64,000 nt of DNA, taken from Octopus vulgaris. Taxonomy: Eukaryota. Positions 36,474-47,584 of this stretch are shown here, piece after piece (the first letter of the stretch is position 1; each line of letters starts with the position of its first letter). The DNA is taken from contig OX597827.1 in NCBI GenBank assembly GCA_951406725.2, positions 71,300,001 to 71,364,000 of the forward strand, read 5' to 3'. The position numbers and the translations under genes were made by a program. The notes beneath the pieces are model-generated. The model was not told the DNA's origin, made no database searches, and saw only the letters and a program-made list of their open reading frames with translations.

Positions 36474-37506
36474 AAGATACCCTTGGCCTGAAGAGTAGCC
36501 TGTGGTATACACCTAGTTTGGATTTTTACCACTTCTGAGGTTCCACTCGCTATGAAACAGATGTAGCCCAGATCTTACCTTCTCCATTCTGTAACTCTTG
36601 TATTCTATTCTTATTTGCACACCTGGTTGCCTACTATGAAATATAAAAAGAACGTTTTCCAGCTTATCATTCTTTCATACAGAAAAGAATCCACAAACTT
36701 CCATCTCAATAAACCACTATTGTCCTTGAAAGTTAACTTTTTATAGAGGTGGTCAAGCATGACCTTTGAACGTTGGGCCTCACAGAGGCAATGACGAAAG
36801 ACCGAGACCTCTAGAGATATGCTGTGACTGCAAAGACCCAACAAATAATGTGAGTTTGTGGTTGTTTCTTCCCACACCAGCTTCACATAGCAGCCCCAGC
36901 CCATCCAAAGTTCCTTGGATCGCAGGACAGCCTGCTGTGCTTACCTTGGATCATAGGGTGACCTGCTGTGCTTGAGGAGACCTATTGAGTTAAGTACATC
37001 AACATCAAAATAAAAACTAAATAGAAATTGTAGTTGTGATACCCGTGCCAGTGGCACATAAAAAGCACCATCCGAATGTGGCCGATGCCAGCGCCGCCTT
37101 GGCTGGCTTCAATGCCGGTGGCACGTAAAAAGCATCAACCGAGTACCCACTATACTCACGGAGTGGTTGGCGTTAGGAAGGGCATCCAACTGTAGAAACA
37201 CTGCCAGATCAGACTGGAGCCCAGTGCAGCCTCCTGGCTTCCCAGACCCCGGTCAAACCGTCCAAAACGAACATTAAATGATGATGATGATGAGTGCTTG
37301 AAGCTAACTTTCTTCCTACGCCTCGATCCCTGGTTCTTACATTTATATATATATATATAGTCATCATGTCTCCTATCAACAAACCATCCATTGACTTCAA
37401 AGACATATGGAATAAGGGATCCCTTACTTGCAGAAACAGGTAAGAGTTAGTGACAGGCAGGGCATCCAGTTATTAAACAATACCTCAGTAATATGCTCAT
37501 CTAATC

Positions 37507-37844
37507 CAGTGGTTCTCAACCTTTTTTTTTTCTTTGGACCCCTTTGATTACTATTTTATTCTGCGGGACCCCCATTGTCATTCGATCTTTAAAAACTAGT
37601 TTTATAGAAACTATTTTCAAAATTCCTTTTTTTTTTTTTTCCACACACTTTAGCTTGTGTCCGTTGAACTATGTAAAAATGTTAGAGAAAGAAACCCAGC
37701 TGTTTCTTGCAACACACGCCTATACATACATCTGAAATAAAAATTTTTTCAGGGGCTCTTAAAATACTGTTGTGGATCCTCAACTTACTATATCATTGCG
37801 TGGACCACCAAAATTGCTATATGGACCCTGGTTGAGAACCACTG
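37507..37844. mobile_element. hAT (Charlie-like) MITE
   Basis: 15-bp perfect terminal repeats CAGTGGTTCTCAACC; 8-bp flanks ATCTAATC/ATCTAACT. Confidence 0.85.
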
Positions 37845-40381
37845 ATCTAACTCATGCTAGCAATGAAAAACAGACATAAAATGAATGTCATCAGCATTTG
37901 ACATCTATTTTCCATTCTGGTTTGGGTTGGAGCTGCATCAGGTCCCCAACTTCTATTTTTGCATGGTTTCTATGGCTGAATGTTCTTGCTAAGGTCTACC
38001 ACTTTACGGCATGTACTAGGTACTTTTTTTCCTGATACCAGCACTTATGAAATTGCCCAGTAACTTTCAAGGCAAAGTAAAGGAAAGAGAAGGGAAAAGC
38101 TGCTTCAACTGAGTAGAGGTGTATTTGGAGAGGGCGGCGGCTTTATGTCAGGTGTTGAAGGTTAAGGTATAATAGAGGGATAAGTACAGGTGTCTTGCTA
38201 TCTTGCATTATGTGAAGGTGGGTGACAGAAGCTGGAAAGGAAAGCTTATTGAAGGTGGTGAGCTGGCAGAAACACTAGCATGCCGGGCGAAATGCTTAGT
38301 GGTATTTCATCTGCCGTTACATTCTGAGTTCAAATTCTGCTGAGGTCGACTTTGCCTTTCATCCCTTGGGGTCGATTAAATTAGCACCAGTTACACACTG
38401 GGGTCGATGTAATCGACTTAATCCATTTGTCTGTCCCCTCTGTGTTTAGCCCCATGTGGGTAGTAAAGAAACAAGTATTTCGTCTGCCACTACGTTCTGA
38501 GTTCTGACTTCAAATTCAACTTTGCCTTTCATCCTTTTGGGGTTGATTAAATAAGTACCAGTTACGTACTGGTGTTGATTTAATCGACTTAATCCCTTTG
38601 TCTGTCCTTGTTTGTCCCATCTATATTTAGCCCCTTGTGGGTAATAAAGAAATAAGGAGCTGGAAAGGAGATAAAGATGGTGGTAAAAGGGTGCCAGAGC
38701 ATACTCTCAAAGTACAAGAAAGTAAAATATAAACAAAAACTGACACTCTGTCAGTAATGATGACAAGGGTTCCAGTTGATCCAATCTATGGCACAGCCTA
38801 CTCGTAAAATAAACATGAAAGTGGTTGAGCACTCCACAGACATGAAGGCCTTTTACATAGTTCTTAGGGAGATTTAGCATGGCACAGAATGTAACAAGGC
38901 TGGCCCTAAGAAATACAAGAACTCATTTTTGCCAGCTGAATGGACTGAAGCAATATAAAATAAAGTGTCTTGCTCAAGGATAGCCTGCCACCTGGAATCA
39001 AAATCATGTCCTTATGATCATGAGCCAGTTAGCCTAACCACTAAGCCATGCACCTTCACAGATGTGGGATATGAGGGAGAATATAGACAGTGGACCAGAA
39101 AGGAAAGTATGTATATAGACCAGAAATTGTAGGGGATAAAGTTAGCCAATAATACCATAAACCCCAGTTAATGACTGGTATTTATTTTATCAACCCAGAA
39201 AGGATGAAAGGCAAAGTTGACCACAGCTGGATTTGATCCCTGAATGTAAAGAGTCAGAGTAAATACTGCAAAGCATTTTCTCCAGTGCTCAAAAATTCCG
39301 CTTGCTTGAAGTCTTCTAATTGTTTCAAATTTTTGGCACAGGGCCAACTAGTTTAAGCGAGAAAGCATGACACCTGTACTTCACTGGTATTTTATTTTAT
39401 CAACTTGGAAAGGCTGAAAGACAAAGTTGTCCTTGGTAGGATTTGAACTCAGAACACCAGCCCCAGTTCTTAACCGGTACTCCTTTTATTAACCTCCCAA
39501 AAAGATGAAAGGCGAAGTTAGCCTTAGCAGGATTTGAACTTGGAATGGCAACCCCAGTGCTCAACTGGTAATTTTATTGCCCCTGGTAATTTTATAAGGC
39601 GGCGAGCTGGCAGAATCGTTAGCACGCCAGGCGAAATGCTTAGTGGTATTTCGTCTGACGTTACGTTCTGGGTTCAAATTCCGCCAAGGTCGACTTTGCC
39701 TTTCATCCTTTCAGGGTCGATTAAATAAGTACCAGTTCCACACTGGGGTCGATATAATCGACTTAATCCGTTTGTCTGTCCTTGTTTGTCCTCTCTGTGT
39801 TTGGCTCCTTGTGGGTAGTAAAGAAATAGGTAATTTTATTGCCCCTACCACCACCTGCAAAAAAGATGAAAGACAATGTTGACGTTGGCGGGATTTGAAC
39901 TCACAATGTAAAGAGTATTAACTAAATACCATAATAGGCATTTTGTCCCGTGCTCTAATTGCTCTGTCAATCCACTGAACTTAACAACAGAATAATAACA
40001 AATGACAATGAAAAGAAAGACGATCGTTTATGGATTAATAGTAAAAAATATAAGCTCACCACACATCAGTAGACACGATAATTGCTTTCTTTACACAAGC
40101 TGTGAATAAACAAAAGATTATGTGTTTCTTCTATGTACATTTTAACAAGGTCCTCCCAGTCAAAGTTGGTCATGTATCAGTGCGTGTATGTGCAAGTCTG
40201 GGCAGGATTTCTTTTGAGGAAGACTAGCAATTGTCCATACATGTAAGCCTCCCTTATCCTTGACACTCATGTTTATACAAGGAAAGTCTGCCGACATCTG
40301 TGTTTCAGAATACCTATAATTCAGTGTAGATGCATGTTTGTACATATATCTACATACATATACATACAAAAATTCTATATA

Positions 40382-40738
40382 TCTTTATATATAAAAGTCA
40401 AGTTGTGTGTCTGTCTCCTACGATTTAGATTCCTAACTACTCCCACATTTTGCGGTGCAGTTTAACCAAAACCGGATATCTTATAGTCGTGATTCATATC
40501 GAGCCCTTCTGGGTATTAGCGCACGTCTATGATGAGTCTACGATTTAAAAAAAAATTTAACATCTTTTTTTTCGCTATTATATAAGGGAAGTAACTCTCT
40601 AAAAATGTCTACGATGAGTCAACGATTTTTTAAAAAATTTACCATCATTTTTTTCCATTTTTAATGCATTTTTTTGCTATAACTCTCTAAAAATGCTTAT
40701 ATAGTTATTTCCCTTACAAACCCGAGCGATACTGCTAG
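40382..40738 (+). mobile_element. Non-autonomous Helitron, same family as 31688-31972
   Basis: Near-identical body with an internal duplication; CTAG|T end retained but the 3' hairpin core is deleted. Confidence 0.85.
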
Positions 40739-43700
40739 TTATGAGTATAATTATAATTAGAGTTCAGCAAAATTTGCTTCACCACATACCGAAATTTAGA
40801 AATAGCAGTTAAACTACTATTTTACTGCCATACAATATCTCCCAGACAGCAATACTCAACAACTCACGCAGGTAAAGAGAGTTGTTGAGTATTGCTGTAT
40901 AATTATAATTATACTCATCATTAAAGAAATTTTTGTATAAGTTTACCGATAATGGTTCTTTTAACATACAGAACTACTTGGTAAAATTATTAATTATGAA
41001 TTAATTTTACCCTTTATTATTATTACATATACATATATATTTTTGCTTAGGCATTGTGAGACCAATAAACCAATGTAGACCTCAATATGTTTATGTCTCA
41101 GAATGAAGAGCTGGCTGAGTATGTAGAGGTAATAAAAGAAAAGATAAAGGAATTAATGATTATCTTATTAACTGCATTGGCTTACAGCTGTTTCTATTAC
41201 AAGGTGCAGTGGACTCATAGTTGAGTGCCTTTTGTTTATTTATATATATACAAATAGGCGCAGGAGTGGCTGTGTGGTAAGTAGCTTGCTAACCAACCAC
41301 ATAGTTCCAGGTTCAGTCCCACTGCGTGGCATCTTGGGCAAGTGTCTTCTGCAATAGCCCCAGGCCGACCAATGCCTTGTGAGTGGATTTGGTAGACAGA
41401 AACTGAAAGAAGCCTGTCGTATATATATATATATGTATATATATGTATGTGTGTATATGTTTGTGTGTCTGTGTTTGTCCCTCTAGCATTGCTTGACAAC
41501 CGATGCTGGTGTGTTTACATCCCCATCACTTAGCAGTTCGGCAAAAAAAACCGATAGAATAAGTACTGGGCTTGCAAAGAATAAGTCCTGGGGTCGGTTT
41601 GCTCGACTAAAGGCGGTGCTCCAGCATGGCTGCAGTAAAATGACTGAAACAAGAAGAGTAGAAGAGTATATATATATATAAAGTATCCGACACGTTAATA
41701 ATTCTGCCAGCTTGCTACCTTAATAATCCTTTCTATTATAGGCACAAGAGCTGAAATTTTGGGGTGGGGCTGAGTCAGTTGATAACATCAACCTCAATGT
41801 CTAACTGGTACTTAATTTATAGACCCTGAAAGGAAGAAAGGCAAGGTCAAGTGTGGTGGGAATTTGAACCCAGAACATAAAGCTGGAAAAAATGTGACAA
41901 ACCATTTTGTCTGACACACTCCTGATTCTGCAGCTTAGCACTCAGATAATGGTTTCGAATTTTGGCACAAGGCCAGCAGTTTTTGAATGGAGGGTGCTAG
42001 TTGATTACATTGACCCTGGTACTTGACCAGTTCTTATTTTATTGACCCTGCAAGGATGGAAGGCAAAGTCAACCATGGCAGAGTTTGAGCACCATCATCA
42101 TCATCGTCGTTGTTTAACATCCACTTTCCATGCTGGCAAACCAGAAGGCTGCAACAGGCTCCAATCTGATCTGGCAATGTTTCTACAGTTGAATGCCCTT
42201 CCTAATGCCAATCACTCTGAGAGTGTAGTGGGTGCGTTTTACATGCCACTGACATGAGGGCCAGTCAGGCAGTACTGTCATTGACCGCACTTGAATGGTG
42301 CTTTTTACATGCCACTGCACAGGAGCCAATCAAGCAGCACTGGCAATGACCATGCTTGAATGGTGCTTTTTACATGCCACTGCACAGGAGCCAGTCAAAC
42401 AACACTGGCAATGACCATGCTTGAATGGTGCTTTTTACATGCTACCAGCACAGGAGCCAATCAAGCAGCACTGGCAACAACCACGCCTGAATGGCGCTTT
42501 TTGTCCCACCAACATGGATACCAGTCAGGCAGTACTTTGCTTGCTGAATGTAAAAATGCACAAAAGGCCCATTAATGAATGTATAGTGTTTAACCCTTTC
42601 ATTACTATATTTATTTTGAGATGTTCTGTGTTTCTTTCAATTACTTTAAATATAACAAAGAATTTAGTAAAACAACTTAGTTATCATTCAGCTAGTGTTA
42701 GGAACATAAATTGTGACTGAGGTTTGGTGGAAGATTTTAATTCAAAACTTATGGAAACAAGACGCAGGAGTGGCTGTGTGGTAAGTAGCTTGCTAACCAA
42801 CCACATGGTTCCGGGTTCAGTCCCACTGCGTGGCATCTTGGGCAAGTGTCTTCTGCTATAGCCCCGGGCCAACCAATGCCTGGTGAGTGGATTTGGTAGA
42901 CGGAAACTGAAAGAAGCCTGTCGTATATATATATGTATGTGTGTGTGTTTGTGTGTCTGTGTTTGTCCCTCTAGCATTGCTTGACAACTGATGCTGGTGT
43001 GTTTACGTCCCCGTCACTTAGCGGTTCGGCAAAAAGAGACCGATAGAATAAGTACTGGGCTTTAAAAAAATAAGTCCCGGGGTCGAGTTGCTCGACTAAA
43101 GGCGGTGCTCCAGCATGGCTGCAGTCAAATGACTGAAACAAGTAAAAGAGAAAGAGAAAGACATTTGTACTCAGAGCCAGAGCTGGTTTCAGCTGGGTTG
43201 GTAACAAAAGGGTTAATGAAGTGAAAAAAGGAATGTTAGGAATAAATTATAACAACAATGAATGTTGTTCGAACAATTCCAAATCAACATTTGTAGAAAA
43301 TGGCAAAAATGTGCCTGTGGGCATGTGTGTGTTTGTGGTACCTATGATTAGAAGGCACAGACTAACTCCAGCTGAAATGTAGGAATCATCACCAAATCAA
43401 TCAAAGACTTTTGGAAAATAACATTTTGGCATCAAAAATAACATTTTAGCAGACAATCCTTTTCTTTCTTTTACTTTTGTAATACCATAAAACAGGAGAT
43501 TCTTTACTTCTGCAAAAAATTTTTGTTAGTTCCAAAATGACTGTAATACTTTAAAAAAATTCTCACAAATCAAAAATGGATTCTGTATAAAACGATTTTA
43601 TTCTTCAATGGAGCTTTTATCCTTTTCACATCATATATATAATTATTATATATATATATAAACACACACACACACACAAATATATATAGATGTATACACA

Positions 43701-44923
43701 CACACATTGTCAGATCTTTCTTGAGTGCTACTGTTATATCATGTAACCCATTACAACCTATGTCTTTATTACCCACAAGGGGCTAAACACAGAGGGGACA
43801 AACAAGGACAGACACATGGATTAAGTCAATTACATCGCCCCCAGTGCGTAACTGGTGCTTAATTTATCGACCCCGAAAGGACGAAAGGCAAAGTTGACCT
43901 TGGCGGAGTTTGAACTCAGAACGTAACGGCAAACGAAATACGGCTACACATTTCGCCCGGCGTGCTAACGTTTCTGCCAGCTCACCGCCTTTACAACCTG
44001 TTGCACGGTTGGGTCATTGGTTACTAAACTGGCAACCCCCACCAAGCAGGCTTGATGAGAAGGGTGATTTTTTGGGCAAACCATACGATAAAAAACCCCC
44101 CCAAAAAACAAGACTCATTAAAGCAACAGTTGTGTGCAAATGTGCTTCTTTCAAAACCCTGCTGCTTAATGGGTGCCCATTGATGGGAAAATTCTAAGAG
44201 AAGGCACTCTGATATCAAACCTGCAGTTGAAGTAGCTACCAGTTATTTTGCAATGTTTGTTATTCACTGGATTCCAGTTACCGATATTTAGAGAGAGAGA
44301 GGGAGAGAGTGGGATATGTGTTGTACAAGTGTATATCACTTGAGTCCAATGACCTACAGATGTCTCATTTTGTTTGACTCGTCCTGTCTCTCTGTTAAAG
44401 CTTGTCACACTTCTCAGAGCACACAGACGTATGGGAGATTGTCGAGATGATGTAGACTAACTGAAATGGCTACCATCGGTCAAAGATGAAGCAATCACAC
44501 ACACACACACACACTCGGACACACAGAGCATGAGGGAGAAATTGTCAAAAGCATGAAAATGTATGGATAATTAATAATAGGAACAGTGTGTATGAGTGTG
44601 TGTGTGAATATATATATATATATGATGGCATGTAACAAACACCATCCGATCATGGCTGTGCCAGCCTGGCCTGGCCTGGCCTGGCCTCCGTGCCGGTGGC
44701 ACGTAAAAAACATCATCCATCCGTGGTTGTTTGCCAGCCCCGTCTGGTACGTAAAAAGCACCCACTACACTCACGGAGTGGTTGGTGTTAGGAAGGGCAT
44801 CCAGCCGTAGAAACACTGCCAGATCAAACTGGGCCTGATGCAGCCTTCTCGCTTCCCAGACCCCAGTTGAACCGTCTAACCCATGCTAGCATGGAGAACG
44901 GACGTTAAACGATGATGATGATG

Positions 44924-44959
<36 letters not shown>

Positions 44960-45217
44960 GTATATATACATACACATACATACCATTGTGTAGCTTGTGA
45001 ATCTTTGATGCAAAAAATACAAAGATTAATGACAATTAAAACTTGTACCATTTTGATTTTGTTTTTTGTTATTTTTTGGGGTTTTTTTTTTACTTTGTCT
45101 GTGTGAGTATATATCATATACACATACTTACACAAACCTTTCTGTGTAAGTATTTTGGAATTTATGAAGTGATTCACTGAAATGCCTCCCTGTCCATATA
45201 AATGATATTCCCGTGGT

Positions 45218-47584
45218 TTATTCATTTGTTTGTACAATTTGACAGAAATTATTATTATTATTATTAGTATTATTATCATTATTATTATCATTACTATTAT
45301 CATTATTATTATTATTATTATTATTATTGTTATTATTATTATTGTTATTGTTATTACTATTATTATTATCATTATTGCTATTACTGTTGTTGTTTTCTCT
45401 GTTGTGGATTTGTTTGTGAACGGATAACGTGTATTTCTGACCAAAGGAATGACCACAGATGTCGCAGTGGAAAGGTTTTTCACCTGTGTGCGTTCGTTTG
45501 TGCGAAGACAAGGTAGAATTGGTGGAGAATGTTTTAGAACAGAGGTCACAACGGTAAGGTCTTTCCCCCGTGTGAACTCGACGGTGCAAAGACAACGCGA
45601 AGCTCGTCGAGAAAGATTTACCGCACGTCTCGCAATGGTATGGCTTTTCCCCGGTGTGTGTCCGACGATGAGAAGATAATGTAGAGTTTGTGGAAAATGA
45701 TTTGTCGCAAATTTCGCAGTGATACGGCCTCTCGCCCGTGTGAACCCGTATATGCAACGATAATGCAAAATTAGTTGAAAAAGTTTTGTCGCATGTTTCG
45801 CAACGGAAGGGCTTTTCTCCCGTGTGAGTTCTTTTGTGGGCCAACAATGCCGAGTTTGTCGAGAAAGATTTCCCACACGTTTCACAATAAAATGGTTTAT
45901 CTCCCGTATGTATCCATCTGTGAGTTGACAAATGACTGTTCCGAGAGAATGATTTACCGCAAGTTTCACAGCGATACGGTTTCTCACCTGTATGAATCAG
46001 CCGATGGCGACACAAGGTGCCGCTTTGAGAAAATGCTTTACCACAAATTTCACAATGGTAAGGTTTCTCACCTGTGTGTACGAGATGGTGCTTATAAAGG
46101 TGACTACTTTCAGAAAAGGTTTTGCTGCAAATCTCGCAAACATACGGCCTTATACCTGTATGTATCCGTATATGCCTAGAGAGGCTTTCATAAGTAGAAA
46201 AGTTCTTATCACAAATTTCGCAATGGAATGGTCTACCACCTGTGTGTAACTGCTTGTGCGCAGAAAGGTTGATGTAAACGTCGAAGGATTCGCCACAGAA
46301 GTCGCAAAGGAAAAGTTTCTCGTCCATCTCATTCTCTTCAGACGGGTTAGCCGTGTTCATAACAAAGTCACATAGGAGAGGTTTCCCTTCGATTTTATTC
46401 ACTCCAGTTGAAGGGTCACAGGTAAGTGTCCCCTCTTTGGTCTCGTTCCCCTCAGATGAAATGTCTGTGTTCAGAACAAAGCTATAGGGAAGAGGTGCCA
46501 TGTTAGACTCGTTTCCCATGGATGAGTGACCCGTGTACAGAACAAAGCCGTAGGGCAGAGACCTTTCTTCAGTCACACTCCCCTCAGATGACTTAACCCC
46601 AGATGGGTTATCTGCATTTAGAACAAAGCTGTAAGGGAGAGATCGCACTTCACTCATATCCCCTTCAGATGACTTGACTCCAGATGAGTTACCTGTGTTT
46701 AGAACAAAGCTGTAAGGGAGAGATCTTTCTCCAGTCAGGTTCCCCTCAGATGATTTAACTCCAGATGGGTTTCCTGTATTCAGGACAAAGCTGTAAGGGA
46801 GAGATTTTTCTTCAGCCACACTCCGCTCAGATGACTTGACCCCGTACGAGTTACCTGTGTTTAGAACAAAACCATAAGGAAAAGCTTTTTCTTCAGTCAG
46901 ACTCCCCTCAGATGATGACTTAATCCCAGATGGATTATCTTCGGTATCAATCCCTTCAGTTGAAGTATTTGTGTTTGGAACAAAACCAGAGGCGAGAGGC
47001 TCTTCTTTAGTCTCATTCACCTCAGATGAATCGTCTTCATTCAGAACGAAGTCATGAGGACCAGGTTGCTCTTCTGACTCATTCCCTGCAGGTGAGTTAT
47101 CCGTGTAGAGAACAAAGTCATGTGGGGAACGTTGCCCCTCAGTTTCATTTCCTTCCGATGAATTTTTCGTGTTTGAAACAAAACCATAAGTGAGAGGTTT
47201 TTCCTCAACCACCTCATTTCCCTCAGCCGGATTACTTCTGCTTAAGACAAGGTCATAGGAGAGAGGCTTTTCTTCAACCTCATTTCCCTCAGATGAGTAA
47301 TTTCTGTTTGGAATAAAGCCATAAGGCAGAGGTTTTTCTCCAGTCTTATTGCCCTCAGATGGGTTACCTGTGTTCTGAGCAAAGTCATAGGGGAAGGGTC
47401 TCTCTTTAGTTTCATTTCTCTCAGACAGATTCTCTTTTCTCAGAACAAAGTCACGTGGTAGAGGTTGCTCTTCAGCCTCATTTTCTTCAGATGGATCATC
47501 TTTGTTCAGAACCTGCCCACTAATAACATCACTAAACACAATTTTTGCTTCATTCTCCATCATTTTCCAATTTAAAACAGTCAT
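45218..47584 (-). CDS. C2H2 zinc-finger protein, 788 aa: acidic tandem-repeat N-terminus, 11 tandem fingers, poly-Asn tail
   Basis: Eleven CxxC-x12-HxxxH units with TGEKP-type linkers (about 46312-45404) in one uninterrupted ORF; splice acceptor TTTTCTCTATTTTAG at 47976 upstream of the ATG. Confidence 0.96.
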   Translation of the reverse strand: MTVLNWKMMENEAKIVFSDVISGQVLNKDDPSEENEAEEQPLPRDFVLRKENLSERNETKERPFPYDFAQNTGNPSEGNKTGEKPLPYGFIPNRNYSSEGNEVEEKPLSYDLVLSRSNPAEGNEVVEEKPLTYGFVSNTKNSSEGNETEGQRSPHDFVLYTDNSPAGNESEEQPGPHDFVLNEDDSSEVNETKEEPLASGFVPNTNTSTEGIDTEDNPSGIKSSSEGSLTEEKAFPYGFVLNTGNSYGVKSSERSVAEEKSLPYSFVLNTGNPSGVKSSEGNLTGERSLPYSFVLNTGNSSGVKSSEGDMSEVRSLPYSFVLNADNPSGVKSSEGSVTEERSLPYGFVLYTGHSSMGNESNMAPLPYSFVLNTDISSEGNETKEGTLTCDPSTGVNKIEGKPLLCDFVMNTANPSEENEMDEKLFLCDFCGESFDVYINLSAHKQLHTGGRPFHCEICDKNFSTYESLSRHIRIHTGIRPYVCEICSKTFSESSHLYKHHLVHTGEKPYHCEICGKAFSQSGTLCRHRLIHTGEKPYRCETCGKSFSRNSHLSTHRWIHTGDKPFYCETCGKSFSTNSALLAHKRTHTGEKPFRCETCDKTFSTNFALSLHIRVHTGERPYHCEICDKSFSTNSTLSSHRRTHTGEKPYHCETCGKSFSTSFALSLHRRVHTGERPYRCDLCSKTFSTNSTLSSHKRTHTGEKPFHCDICGHSFGQKYTLSVHKQIHNRENNNSNSNNDNNNSNNNNNNNNNNNNNNNNNNDNSNDNNNDNNTNNNNNNFCQIVQTNE

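Noticed and set aside
42230-42500. Repeat-spacer pattern resembling a CRISPR array
   Set aside because: Spacers are related to each other, the array is internal to a dispersed SINE-like family, the context is eukaryotic and there are no cas genes.
44905-45987. 360-aa ORF overlapping the zinc-finger gene
   Set aside because: Alternative-frame shadow of the finger array and AAT microsatellite; no independent coding signal.
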